Positions 9,264 to 18,336 of a DNA stretch of 64,000 nucleotides are shown one piece after another. The notes under the pieces were generated by a model that worked only from the letters and a program-made list of their open reading frames with translations, was not told where the DNA came from and did not search any database. The stretch is from Christensenella sp. UBA5327 (GTDB lineage: Bacteria > Bacillota > Clostridia > Christensenellales > Aristaeellaceae), in contig DHQX01000015.1 in the NCBI GenBank assembly GCA_002411105.1, positions 24,750 to 88,749 on the forward strand, read 5' to 3'. Position 1 is the stretch's first letter, and every line of letters starts with the position of its first letter. A program made the translations under genes and the position numbers.

Positions 9264-11351
9264 ATGCGCATTCGCTTTTTCTTTCGCCGCGGATTACTGC
9301 TGGCTCTGTTGATATGCCTGATGCCGTGTGGAATCAGGGCAGAACAGGCGGGTCGGTCCCAATCCTTGCCTCTTTATAGCTTTGGCCCCTCAGAAACAGC
9401 CCTAAGCATTGCGGCCCAAAGCGATGGCAGCGGTTACCTGCTGACAAGTGAGGCGCTATTTCATTTTTCTGGGCAGGAGGAGCCTGGCATCGAAAACATT
9501 CAGCGGGTGATGCCCAATGCACAGCATTTGATCAGCATGGCATTGGCTGGAGATCATCTCTTCTTTTTGAACTCGAATCACGAGATTATGCGCTACGACA
9601 AGGGAGAACTGTTGACCCTCTCCCTGGATAACGCGATGCTGCAAGAAGAGCCACTCAGGGATGGGATGCTCTGTTTGGCGCAGAACCAGCTATACTATAT
9701 ATATTCGGATGAGAATGGGAAGGGACAGTTGGTAAGCTTCAACCTTGAAACCAAAACATACCATCGTTATGGCGCGGTATTTGATGTGCCGTGGTGTGCT
9801 TGGGATATGCAGGAGGGCAGGCTGCTGGGGATAGTGTATGATGAAAGCCGGGCGCTCTGGCAACTGGCTGCCCTGAGCGGTCAAGAAGAACAGGTCAAGA
9901 TTTTGTTTTCTCTGCTCACCTATCAGGGTGAAGACGGTATTTGTTATGATGCGCAGAAGAATGCCCTATACTTGCCAGAGCGAACCGGCATCCTGCGTTA
10001 CCACGCGGATGGCAGCAATGCCCGGGTATACGGCGTTCCTCACATGGTACCTGTAGCCATGATGGGCAGTGGGCAATTTGTGGGGAAGCGCTTGCAACAG
10101 CTGCGGCGATATGAGGCGTTGGAAAAGCCGCTCGGCAGCGTATCAGTTTTGGGGCATCGGACACAATATAGTCAAGATTTTACTCAAAAAACAGGCATAG
10201 CGGTCCAGGAGATTTCTGTGGGCGATAAAACCGTTATGCAGTGGATGGCAGAGGCCATGGTTACCCAAGATGCCAGCGTAGATCTATTTACCTTTGAAAG
10301 TTCTGAAGGACTACAAACCATAAAAGATAAGAGATTTTTCGCCGATCTTAGTCAAAGCGAGGTGCTGCGCGCAGGCCTTGACAGGCTGTATCCTGCGTTT
10401 AGTCAAGCAGTTATCAATCAAGAACGGCAAATCGTCGCCTGGCCAATTGTTGGCATGCCATCTTTTCGGATGGCCTTTGATCAGGAGGCGCTGGACTATG
10501 GCGTGCAAACACCCGCTACATGGGATGAGATGTTGGATGCCATTCAAGCCTTGGCAGAGCTTGACTTTTTTGCTAACGAAACCTACGTTCCCTTCGGTGC
10601 CTGGACATATACCCAAGAGGATATGATGGCTTACCTGCAAAGGGATTACTTGATAAACATCTATGCAGCAGACGGCGATTTAAGCTTTGATACGCCCATT
10701 TTCCGTCATCTTGCTCAACGCATCTTAGATGAGGTGCCCAAGGAAAATCTTTATCCCCGGCGCGATGAGTATGATGGGGTTCTTATCTCTGGCATAAATA
10801 GCGGCGTTATTTTGGAAGGGATGCTGCCCCCCATGAAGATTGCCCCTCAGATGCCTGCTAAAATACATACCTGGACCAAGGTTTTTGTCCTTAACCCTTA
10901 TGCTGAACATAAGGAAGAAGCTATCCAATATCTGGAGTATCTGGCGACTAAGCAGACGGCGGAAGATTCTGCTCTGTATCGGAGCATGAATCAACCAATA
11001 CCAGACTTTGGTGTGCAAGCACAATTGAAATCCGCCCGGGAAGAATTAGCAGCCGTCAAGGAGCAGCAGGCATCGGAAAAAGAAAAGCAAGCCTATGAAG
11101 ATAGGATTGCCCTGCTGGGAATAAAGATCAATGGACTATATTTAAACCGCTATTTGATTACGCAAAAAGCTATTGATGAATACCAAGCGTTTTCATCCCG
11201 CTTGGTGGTGCTGGAGGATGCGCTTATCATGTACAACGAAAATCTGGCTAAACTAAGCCGCCTGATGGTTAACGACGGCATTAGCCTGGATGAATTTATC
11301 AGGCAAGCTGATAGCTATATTCAACTGGTTCGCATGGAAAGGGGACGGTAA
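9264..11351 (+). CDS. Secreted two-module protein: N-terminal repeated beta-strand (propeller-like) module plus C-terminal extracellular solute-binding-protein-like module
   Basis: 695 aa. Signal peptide MRIRFFFRRGLLLALLICLMPCGIRA. The C-terminal half has family-1 SBP-like segments (DLFTFESSEGLQTIKDKRFFADL, TPATWDEMLDAI). The N-terminal half is paralogous to the next ORF. Confidence 0.7.
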   Translation: MRIRFFFRRGLLLALLICLMPCGIRAEQAGRSQSLPLYSFGPSETALSIAAQSDGSGYLLTSEALFHFSGQEEPGIENIQRVMPNAQHLISMALAGDHLFFLNSNHEIMRYDKGELLTLSLDNAMLQEEPLRDGMLCLAQNQLYYIYSDENGKGQLVSFNLETKTYHRYGAVFDVPWCAWDMQEGRLLGIVYDESRALWQLAALSGQEEQVKILFSLLTYQGEDGICYDAQKNALYLPERTGILRYHADGSNARVYGVPHMVPVAMMGSGQFVGKRLQQLRRYEALEKPLGSVSVLGHRTQYSQDFTQKTGIAVQEISVGDKTVMQWMAEAMVTQDASVDLFTFESSEGLQTIKDKRFFADLSQSEVLRAGLDRLYPAFSQAVINQERQIVAWPIVGMPSFRMAFDQEALDYGVQTPATWDEMLDAIQALAELDFFANETYVPFGAWTYTQEDMMAYLQRDYLINIYAADGDLSFDTPIFRHLAQRILDEVPKENLYPRRDEYDGVLISGINSGVILEGMLPPMKIAPQMPAKIHTWTKVFVLNPYAEHKEEAIQYLEYLATKQTAEDSALYRSMNQPIPDFGVQAQLKSAREELAAVKEQQASEKEKQAYEDRIALLGIKINGLYLNRYLITQKAIDEYQAFSSRLVVLEDALIMYNENLAKLSRLMVNDGISLDEFIRQADSYIQLVRMERGR

Positions 11352-11355
11352 CAAC

Positions 11356-12267
11356 ATGTTAAAGTCACTCAAACCCAGCTTTATGGTCTGCATGGTGATG
11401 ATAACGCTGTTTGCTTTTTGTCAAGTCGCAGGGCAAGCGGAAGAGGAGCCAGTCATTTTAAGCCAACTCAGTCCAAGGGATGGGGAGTGGTGGTTAGCGC
11501 TGTGTGCTGACGGCCAGGGAGGCTTCTATGCACTGACAAACAAAACCTTGCATCGCTGGCAGACAGGGGATGTTCAAACGACCATCGTGAGTATAACCGA
11601 TGGGCTGGGGTTGACGGAGATTGCCTGCAGGGGAGACCAAATATATGGCTATGCAGGTGCTGACGGGCTCTATCGTTATGATCAGGGGGAGTGGTCTTTA
11701 TTGGGCGTGCCGCCCTGGTGCGACACAAAGAGCGGGGATGACGCACAGGGGCCGGTTTTTCTGGAAGGCGGGCTAACGCTTGGCAAAGACCGACTGTTCT
11801 TTTTTTCCACGGATTTCAATCAAGAATTACACTTTCTCTCCTCTTATGATTTGGTAACAAAACAGTTCTCGGTGGATCCACATCCTATCTTCAGTCGGCG
11901 GTGGATAGCCTATGATGAGGCGAATGATAGGTTGATTGGCACAGTTTCACTCTCTCCAGACGGAGATAACTATTTGGCAAGTATCGATTACAAAACAAAC
12001 CAGATTATCCACATCAATGAGAAACCATTTGAGGGCGAAATCAGAGGCTTTGATCCAGCCAGCAGAATGACATTCAGTGTAAGCTACGCAGGCGCAATGC
12101 TAGGAAACAATACGGATAATCAGAAAGTAATTCTGGGAACACCCAAAAAGCTAAGCCTTGCTGCCCGTTTGGACTCGCAATATATCGTTTTTGTTTCACC
12201 CGCGTACGGGGGGCAAGCGGAGAAACTATGCCTTCTTCGTTATGATCCTGATGCATGGCAGCCTTAG
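11356..12267 (+). CDS. Secreted paralog of the N-terminal module of 9264..11351, lacking the solute-binding module
   Basis: Start at ATG 11356 (MLKSLKPSFMVCMVMITLFAF, signal-like) behind AAAGGGGA. Shared blocks include ADGQGGFYALT vs SDGSGYLLTS, GDQIYGY...LYRYDQGEW vs GDHLFFL...IMRYDKGEL, and DRLIGTV vs GRLLGIV. Confidence 0.65.
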   Translation: MLKSLKPSFMVCMVMITLFAFCQVAGQAEEEPVILSQLSPRDGEWWLALCADGQGGFYALTNKTLHRWQTGDVQTTIVSITDGLGLTEIACRGDQIYGYAGADGLYRYDQGEWSLLGVPPWCDTKSGDDAQGPVFLEGGLTLGKDRLFFFSTDFNQELHFLSSYDLVTKQFSVDPHPIFSRRWIAYDEANDRLIGTVSLSPDGDNYLASIDYKTNQIIHINEKPFEGEIRGFDPASRMTFSVSYAGAMLGNNTDNQKVILGTPKKLSLAARLDSQYIVFVSPAYGGQAEKLCLLRYDPDAWQP

Positions 12268-12283
12268 CGTGTGGATGCGTTTT

Positions 12284-12382
12284 CATCTCCTCCAGAAAAT
12301 TAGTGATGGCAAATTGACTTTGGAACGGTTCATTAACCAGGCCAACAACACCCTGAGCATTATCAGGTTGGAGGGGAACTGA
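12284..12382 (+). pseudogene. Out-of-frame remnant matching the C-terminal tail of the 695-aa paralog
   Basis: HLLQKISDGKLTLERFINQANNTLSIIRLEGN resembles LSRLMVNDGISLDEFIRQADSYIQLVRMERGR, the end of 9264..11351. It is in a different frame from 11356..12267. Confidence 0.5.
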
Positions 12383-12422
12383 TGGATCAGGTATGGGGCG
12401 TTAGTCAATATCGTGAAAAACC

Positions 12423-12451
12423 TTGACAAATTCCCTGACGGGTGCTATTTT
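12423..12451 (+). promoter_or_regulatory. Sigma-A-type promoter for rplJ-rplL
   Basis: TTGACA (12423-12428), 17-nt spacer, TATTTT (12446-12451). Confidence 0.6.
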
Positions 12452-12457
12452 ATAGTT

Positions 12458-12614
12458 CGGCTTGAAAAAGCCTGTGCCAAAGACAGCCGGTTGCGTAAGC
12501 AGTAAAGGCAAATGCCGCCAGCCGAGGTGCGAGTGCCAATACGCATGTATTGCCCTTGTGCCGCCGCACAAGGGCTTTTTGAATCCTGGCCGGAAGGAAG
12601 GTGAACAAGAAAAC
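12458..12614 (+). promoter_or_regulatory. Ribosomal protein L10 leader (autoregulatory 5' UTR)
   Basis: About 160 nt of structured untranslated RNA between the promoter and rplJ, ending in an attenuator hairpin. This position and layout match the Firmicute L10 leader. The covariance model was not run. Confidence 0.6.
12552..12580 (+). terminator. Attenuator/terminator hairpin inside the L10 leader
   Basis: GCCCTTGTG (12552-12560), loop CCGCCG, CACAAGGGC (12567-12575), then TTTTT. Confidence 0.65.
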
Positions 12615-13172
12615 GTGGAGCAGAAAATGAACAAGAACATGCAGGACAAGGTGCAGAAGGTGGCGGAGATCGCCGAGCGCCTGAAGACCGCCAAGGCCAT
12701 GGTGCTGGTGGACTACAAGGGCATCTCGGTGGAAGAGATCAACGCCCTGCGCGGCAAGTTCCGTGAGGCGGGCGTGGAATATGTGGTGCTTAAAAACACC
12801 CTGGTGCGCCGGGCCATGGACGATGCCGGCATCACCGAGCTGGACCATCTGCTGGTCGGCCCCTCTGCTTTTGCCTTTGGCATCAAGGATGAGGTGGGCC
12901 CGGCGAAGGTGATCAGCGAGTTCATCGAGCAGAGCAAATCTGACAAGATGACCATCAAGGCGGGCATCGTGTCGGGCAAGGTGATTGACGCCGCTGGTGT
13001 CGCTGCGCTGTCCAAACTGCCGCCCAAGGAGGTCCTCATCGCCAAGATGATGGGCAGCCTGAACGCGCCTGTGACCAACTTTGTGGGTGTCCTCAGCGCC
13101 ACCCTGCGCTCTCTGGTGTACGCGGTGGATGCCGTGCGCAAGCAGAAAGAGGGCGAGGAAGCCAACGCGTAA
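12615..13172 (+). CDS. rplJ: 50S ribosomal protein L10
   Basis: The sequence VAEIAERLKTAKAMVLVDYKGISVEEINALRGKFREAGVEYVVLKNTLVRRA is typical L10. Start is GTG 12615 (behind GGAAGGAAGG) or ATG 12627. The longer ORF-track start at 12462 lies in the leader. Confidence 0.9.
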   Translation: MEQKMNKNMQDKVQKVAEIAERLKTAKAMVLVDYKGISVEEINALRGKFREAGVEYVVLKNTLVRRAMDDAGITELDHLLVGPSAFAFGIKDEVGPAKVISEFIEQSKSDKMTIKAGIVSGKVIDAAGVAALSKLPPKEVLIAKMMGSLNAPVTNFVGVLSATLRSLVYAVDAVRKQKEGEEANA

Positions 13173-13244
13173 AGTGCCCAGAACCCCGGCCTGAGGCAGG
13201 CCGATCAATAATTAATTAAAGAAAAAACTGGAGGAAATTAACCC

Positions 13245-13625
13245 ATGAAGCGTGAAGAAATCTTGGCAGCGATCGAGTCTATGACCGTGCTTGAGCTGGC
13301 TGAACTGGTGAAGGAACTGGAAGAGAAGTTTGGCGTGTCCGCCGCTGCCCCCGTGGCCGTGGCCGCCGCCCCCGCCGCTGGCGCCGCCGCTGCTGCCCCT
13401 GCCGAGGAGAAGACCGAGTTTGACGTGGTGCTCACCGCTGCTGGCAGCGAGAAGATCAAGGTTATCAAAGTGGTCCGCGAAGTCGTGGCCGGCCTGGGTC
13501 TGAAGGAAGCCAAGGAATTCGTCGAGTCCACCCCCAAGGCCATCAAGGAAGGCGTGCAGAAGGACGAGGCCGAGAAAATCAAGAAGCAGTTTGAAGAAGT
13601 CGGCGCCACCGTCGAGATCAAGTAA
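13245..13625 (+). CDS. rplL: 50S ribosomal protein L7/L12
   Basis: 126 aa. N-terminal [31 protein letters not shown], an Ala-rich hinge, and C-terminal [12 protein letters not shown]...[19 protein letters not shown]. Confidence 0.95.
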   Translation: MKREEILAAIESMTVLELAELVKELEEKFGVSAAAPVAVAAAPAAGAAAAAPAEEKTEFDVVLTAAGSEKIKVIKVVREVVAGLGLKEAKEFVESTPKAIKEGVQKDEAEKIKKQFEEVGATVEIK

Positions 13626-13638
13626 ACCAAACGCCATT

Positions 13639-13675
13639 AAAACCGCGGAGCGTATTATGCGCTCCGCGGTTTTGA
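13639..13675 (+). terminator. Rho-independent terminator after rplL
   Basis: AAAACCGCGGAGCG / CGCTCCGCGGTTTT, a 14-bp stem running into a T-run. Confidence 0.8.
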
Positions 13676-13772
13676 TTATATGCCGGGTCAGTCCGCCCAA
13701 TACAGCGGAAGTGCTTGACAATCCAGAGGGATTGATTAGCATGAAAGGCATGATCGAAGCGGGGAGAAGCGC

Positions 13773-14552
13773 ATGAGCGGAAGAGAGCGCATTGTGGTGA
13801 AGGTGGGCACCTCCACCCTGACCTATGGGACAGGGAAGACCAATTTCAGGCGCATGGAGGGCCTGGTGCGGGTGATGGCTGATCTGCAAAACGCGGGCTA
13901 CCAAATGGTGCTGGTCACCTCCGGCGCCATTGGCGTGGGCGTTGGCAAGCTGGGCCTGGATAAAAGGCCTGAGGATACCCCGGGCAAGCAGGCCGCGGCC
14001 ACAGTGGGCCAATTGGAACTCATGTACATGTATGACAAGTTCTTTGGCGAGTGTGGGCAGAAGGTGGGGCAGCTGCTCATCACCCGGGGAGATATGGAAG
14101 ACCCGGCCCGCCACCGCAACCTGATGAGCGCTTTTGAACGGCTGTTTGACTGGGGGGTCATCCCCATCATCAACGAGAACGACGCTGTGGCGGTTGAGGA
14201 GATCGTCTATGGCGACAACGATGCCCTCTCAGCCCATGTGGCGGTGCTGGTTGGGGCGAAAAAACTCATCATTCTGACGGATATTGATGGCTTCTATGAC
14301 AAAAACCCTGCCTTGCACCCGGACGCGAAGCGCTTTGAGGTGGTGGAGGCAATCACCCCGGAGCTGTGCGCCCTGGCCCGCGGGGCTGGAAGCGCCATGG
14401 GGACGGGCGGCATGGAGACCAAGCTCAAGGCGGCTAAGCTGGCAACCGGTGAGGGCATAGACACCCACATCATCAGCGGCTACGCCCCTGAGGCGATCTA
14501 CCGGGTGCTTGAGGGGGCACAGATGGGCACCTGGTTTAAGGCGGTGAAATAA
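13773..14552 (+). CDS. proB: Glutamate 5-kinase (short form, no PUA domain)
   Basis: IVVKVGTSTLT, MVLVTSGAIGVG and IPIINENDAV motifs. At 259 aa it has the kinase domain only. Confidence 0.9.
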   Translation: MSGRERIVVKVGTSTLTYGTGKTNFRRMEGLVRVMADLQNAGYQMVLVTSGAIGVGVGKLGLDKRPEDTPGKQAAATVGQLELMYMYDKFFGECGQKVGQLLITRGDMEDPARHRNLMSAFERLFDWGVIPIINENDAVAVEEIVYGDNDALSAHVAVLVGAKKLIILTDIDGFYDKNPALHPDAKRFEVVEAITPELCALARGAGSAMGTGGMETKLKAAKLATGEGIDTHIISGYAPEAIYRVLEGAQMGTWFKAVK

Positions 14553-15791
14553 ATGCTTCAAGACATCGGGAAACGCGCGCGGCAGGCGGCCCAAGCTTTG
14601 GCGCTGACAACGGACAGCCAGCGCGCCCAGGCGCTTGACAACATGGCCAGGCAGCTGATGGCTGAAACTGAAGCGGTACTCCTGGCCAACCGGGCTGATC
14701 TGGACCAGGCCATGGACGAGGGGATGCCCTCGGCCATGCTTGACCGTCTGGCGCTCAACCCTGCCCGGGTGGCGGACATGGCCCGGGGGCTTGAGGATGC
14801 GGCCAGGCTGCCAGACCCTCTTGGGAAAACCTTGTGGGAGGATAAACGGCCTAATGGCCTTGTGATCCGCCGGGTGTCTGTGCCCCTGGGAGTGATCGCG
14901 GTGATTTTCGAGGCCAGGCCCAATGTGACCGCTGACGCGGCGGGGCTTTGCCTGCGGGCCGGCAATGCCTGCATCCTGCGCGGTGGCAAAGAGGCCATCC
15001 GCAGCAACCTGGCAATCGCCGCCGCGCTGCGCCGGGCGCTTAAGGATTCGGGGATGCCGGAGGACGGGGTGCAGTTGATTGAGGCCACCAGCCGGGAGAG
15101 CGCTGACGCGCTTATGCGGCTTGACCGCTTTGTGGATGTGCTCATCCCCCGGGGCGGTCATGGGCTGATCAAACGCGCGGTGGAATATGCCACGGTGCCG
15201 GTGATTGAGACTGGCGAAGGGGTGTGCCACATCTATGTGGACAGAAGGGCGGATATCGCCATGGCGGCCAGCGTCATCCACAATGCCAAGGTGTCCCGTC
15301 CCTCGGTGTGCAACGCCTGTGAGTGCATGCTGATCCACCGGGACATCGCGGATGCGGCGCTGCCGGTGATCGCCAGGAAGCTGCTGGATGCCGGCGTCAC
15401 CATGAAAGGCGATGCCGACAGCCGTGCCCTTGTCCCGGAGATGCTGGCGGCGGGGGAGGATGACTGGGGGCATGAGTATCTGGGCCTCATCATCGCCTGC
15501 CGGGTGGTGAAGGACTTTGAGGAGGCGATTCTTCACATCGCCCGCTACGGCACCGGGCATAGCGAGGCCATCATCACCCAGGACCCCTCCGTGGCCCATG
15601 CCTTTTTAAGCCAGGTGGACGCGGCGGCGGTGTACCACAATGCCTCCACCCGCTTTACCGATGGCGGTGAGTTTGGCTTTGGTGCGGAGATCGGCATCTC
15701 CACCCAGAAACTGCACGCCAGGGGACCGCTGGGGATTAGGGAGCTGACCAGCTACAAATACATTATCACTGGAAACGGACAGACGAGGTGA
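14553..15791 (+). CDS. proA: Glutamate-5-semialdehyde dehydrogenase
   Basis: 412 aa. Contains VIFEARPNVT, VCNACECMLIH and GTGHSEAIIT. Starts immediately after the proB stop. Confidence 0.9.
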   Translation: MLQDIGKRARQAAQALALTTDSQRAQALDNMARQLMAETEAVLLANRADLDQAMDEGMPSAMLDRLALNPARVADMARGLEDAARLPDPLGKTLWEDKRPNGLVIRRVSVPLGVIAVIFEARPNVTADAAGLCLRAGNACILRGGKEAIRSNLAIAAALRRALKDSGMPEDGVQLIEATSRESADALMRLDRFVDVLIPRGGHGLIKRAVEYATVPVIETGEGVCHIYVDRRADIAMAASVIHNAKVSRPSVCNACECMLIHRDIADAALPVIARKLLDAGVTMKGDADSRALVPEMLAAGEDDWGHEYLGLIIACRVVKDFEEAILHIARYGTGHSEAIITQDPSVAHAFLSQVDAAAVYHNASTRFTDGGEFGFGAEIGISTQKLHARGPLGIRELTSYKYIITGNGQTR

Positions 15792-15795
15792 GAAG

Positions 15796-16602
15796 ATGCT
15801 GATAGGGTTTATCGGGCTTGGCAACATGGCCAGGGCCATCATCGCCGGCATGCGGGAGAGCGAGGCCTTTCGCCACGCGCCCATCATCGGCAGCGACCAT
15901 AACGAGGTGAAGCGCCGGGAGATGGAGGAGCGCTGGAACCTGACCATCGTGGCGGATGACATCGCAGTGGCCCAGAAGGCGGATTTGCTGGTGCTGGCCG
16001 TGAAACCCCAGGCGCTGCCGGTGCTGTTTGAACGCATTAACCCAAGCCGTAAACGTGGACAATGCATCCTCAGCCTGGCGGCAGGCAGGCCGCTGTCCTG
16101 GCTGGAAGAGACCCTGGGGGCCGACACGCCCATTGTCCGCGCCATGCCCAATGTGGCCGCCCGGGTGGGTGGGTCTGTCACGGCGCTGTGTAAAAACGGC
16201 CAGATCGATGATGCGCAGAAGGATTTGGCCACCGCTATGTTCCGGGCTGTAGGCCAGGCGGTGTGGATGACGGAGGAGCGCATGAATGCCTTCTCTACCA
16301 TCACCGGCGCTGCGCCCGCCTTCACCTTTTTGTATCTTGATGCCCTGGCTTCAGCCGGGCTCAAGGCCGGGCTGCCCAAGCCAATGGCTCTGGAGGCCGC
16401 CTGCCACATGGTGATGGGTGCTGCCAAATTGGCGCTTGAAACGGGCGAGCTCCCGGCTAGCCTGATCGATCAGGTCACCTCACCCGGCGGCACCACCATT
16501 GAAGGCATGCACACCCTGAAAGCCCTGGGCTTTGAAAATGCTGTGCATGAGGCGGTCCAGGCAGTTATGGAAAAGGAAAAGAAACTGCGGGAAGGTAAAT
16601 AG
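15796..16602 (+). CDS. proC: Pyrroline-5-carboxylate reductase
   Basis: IGFIGLGNMARAI Rossmann motif, and C-terminal VTSPGGTTIEG typical of ProC. Confidence 0.9.
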   Translation: MLIGFIGLGNMARAIIAGMRESEAFRHAPIIGSDHNEVKRREMEERWNLTIVADDIAVAQKADLLVLAVKPQALPVLFERINPSRKRGQCILSLAAGRPLSWLEETLGADTPIVRAMPNVAARVGGSVTALCKNGQIDDAQKDLATAMFRAVGQAVWMTEERMNAFSTITGAAPAFTFLYLDALASAGLKAGLPKPMALEAACHMVMGAAKLALETGELPASLIDQVTSPGGTTIEGMHTLKALGFENAVHEAVQAVMEKEKKLREGK

Positions 16603-16610
16603 CGCCGCCT

Positions 16611-18044
16611 TTATTTATGTCCATCATCAAGAGCCAACCAGGAAGCGCTCCAGGCATACCAAGGGGGCGCTTCTTCCTGTTGCAGCAGATGCAGTGCGCT
16701 TTGGTATTGCTCAGGCGCAAGCGTTTTTTGCAGGGCGGGCAGGCTGTCCACAGATAAATTCGCTAAATAGCGTTCATCAAGATGCAGAATACTCCCCTGC
16801 TTGTAAGCATGGGCATTCCAGTGGCTAACCAGGCGCACGGGGCCCATCAGGTTTAGCGCGACCCAGCTTCCCAACACCAGGCTGACAAGCGCCGGGAACA
16901 AGCGGGGGATGGGCCGCAGCAGGTGAAGGGCCAGGCCAATCAGTATCATGATGATGGCAAGCATACCCCACAGGGTGAGAAGCCGCAGCAATGATAAACC
17001 AAAGGCATGCACATAATGGGACATCCGCCAGGCGGCGGAGGCCAGAATGAGGCTGGTCATGCCAAGAATCAGCCAGGAAAGAATGCGCACAAGGATATTC
17101 TCTCGGGCAGTGCGCAGAGAAATCCCTGTGAGGCTAAGGTTGATAAGGGAGACAAACACCAACTCAAAAAATCCCTTCCGCGCGTATTGTGCCCAGCCGC
17201 CAGACATGGCGGCATGATGCGCCCCACCAAACAGGTGGTTGATTTGGATGTAGACAAACACGGCATAGACCAGGTTGAGAACGGTTAACATGACAACAAT
17301 GCTCATAGAGGGGAGGCGTGTCCCCTGTTTATGATGGCGTATATCTGGCTCAGGGGACAAGCTGATGGAAAACAACCAGGAGAACAGCATGAACCCAAAG
17401 AACATGGTTAAGGCCAGACGCCAAACATGGGAGAGGATTTCAGGCAGCCTGAAGCCTTGAACCATGTCTTGGATACGGGCACTGAATACCATGTCTGATG
17501 AAGCGAGCAGAGGAAGAACAATGATCAGCAGGGGAATGCAGGAGCATAACCCAATAACAAGGCCTTTAAGATGCTCGGGTTGTGACAAACGCAACTGGGA
17601 TGCGCTGCGGATGGGGGAGAGGAAATGCTCAAAAGAATCCACAAACCATTGGCGGAGGGCTTGAAAAACGGCGTGCAGTGAATCAATGCCATGTGCGAAA
17701 ACGCCTGAGAGATCATAAAGCCCAAGCAGCAGGGCACCAAACATCACAGGCAGATTAAGCAGGCGCATCTCAGGATTGGCATAAAGTGCATAGCAAAGGC
17801 TCAGCAAAAGCCCACATAGGATGAGCGTGATGTTTGATGCCTTGGGACGGGCATGTTTGCCGATGGCCCCTATGGCAATTCCTGTGATGGTCACAACCAC
17901 TGCGGTCATGCCGATGCCTGGCAATGGATGAAAGCCTCCAAAGCCAAAGCAAACAAGTCCGGCAATACCAAGCGAGGTGATCAGCAGCAGCCAATGCCTT
18001 GTTGTGAGTTTGGGATACTCCTTGGTCTTATACTGTGGCGTCAT
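16611..18044 (-). CDS. Large polytopic membrane protein (DUF4153/DUF4173-like)
   Basis: 477 aa with more than 10 hydrophobic spans. AGGAGG lies before the ATG at 18044. Family name is from memory only. Confidence 0.55.
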   Translation of the reverse strand: MTPQYKTKEYPKLTTRHWLLLITSLGIAGLVCFGFGGFHPLPGIGMTAVVVTITGIAIGAIGKHARPKASNITLILCGLLLSLCYALYANPEMRLLNLPVMFGALLLGLYDLSGVFAHGIDSLHAVFQALRQWFVDSFEHFLSPIRSASQLRLSQPEHLKGLVIGLCSCIPLLIIVLPLLASSDMVFSARIQDMVQGFRLPEILSHVWRLALTMFFGFMLFSWLFSISLSPEPDIRHHKQGTRLPSMSIVVMLTVLNLVYAVFVYIQINHLFGGAHHAAMSGGWAQYARKGFFELVFVSLINLSLTGISLRTARENILVRILSWLILGMTSLILASAAWRMSHYVHAFGLSLLRLLTLWGMLAIIMILIGLALHLLRPIPRLFPALVSLVLGSWVALNLMGPVRLVSHWNAHAYKQGSILHLDERYLANLSVDSLPALQKTLAPEQYQSALHLLQQEEAPPWYAWSASWLALDDGHK

Positions 18045-18117
18045 GATAGCCTCCTAAATGTCATCAGCAAACACGCTCACTCTCATGAGAGAGCGGCTGC
18101 ATGATTGTTTTCTTGGT

Positions 18118-18327
18118 TTAGCTTATAGTTTTGTCAAATGACAGAATATCGCCAGGCTGACAATCAAGAGCGCGGCAGATGGCATCCAGGGTTTCAAAAC
18201 GGATGGCCTTTGCTCTGCCATTTTTCAGAATTGAGATATTGGCCATGGTTATCCCCACCTGTTCGGAAAGTTCAGTCACGCTCATTTTTCGTTTGGCCAG
18301 CATGACATCCAATGTGACGCGTATCAT
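18118..18327 (-). CDS. Small XRE-family helix-turn-helix regulator (YozG-like)
   Basis: 69 aa. LDVMLAKRKMSVTELSEQVGITMANISILKNGRAKAIRFETLDAICRALDCQPGDIL. Confidence 0.8.
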   Translation of the reverse strand: MIRVTLDVMLAKRKMSVTELSEQVGITMANISILKNGRAKAIRFETLDAICRALDCQPGDILSFDKTIS

Positions 18328-18336
18328 GCTGCCCTC

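Noticed and set aside
7534-12400. Calling the AT-richer block a mobile element or prophage remnant.
   Set aside because: I saw no integrase, transposase or recombinase ORF, no flanking tRNA and no direct or inverted terminal repeats. Only compositional and gene-content evidence exists, so it is reported as a finding and not annotated as a mobile element.
12462-12614. N-terminal extension of the rplJ ORF (MKKPVPKTAGCVSSKGKCRQ...).
   Set aside because: The extension covers the promoter-proximal structured leader and its attenuator hairpin. The recognisable L10 sequence starts only at about 12615/12627, behind a strong Shine-Dalgarno.
14229-15599. Long ORFs antisense to recognisable genes. Examples: 13212..14114, 14229..15599, 26677..27831, 27881..29317, 28977..30203, 33661..34584, 47519..48289, 53240..54241, 53592..54485.
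   Set aside because: Each lies opposite a gene with clear family motifs (proA, pcrA, phosphodiesterase, GATase, cdaR/cdaA, ntpE and others). Their translations are low-complexity and rich in G/A/R/P/H. Stop-codon-poor antisense frames are expected at this GC content.
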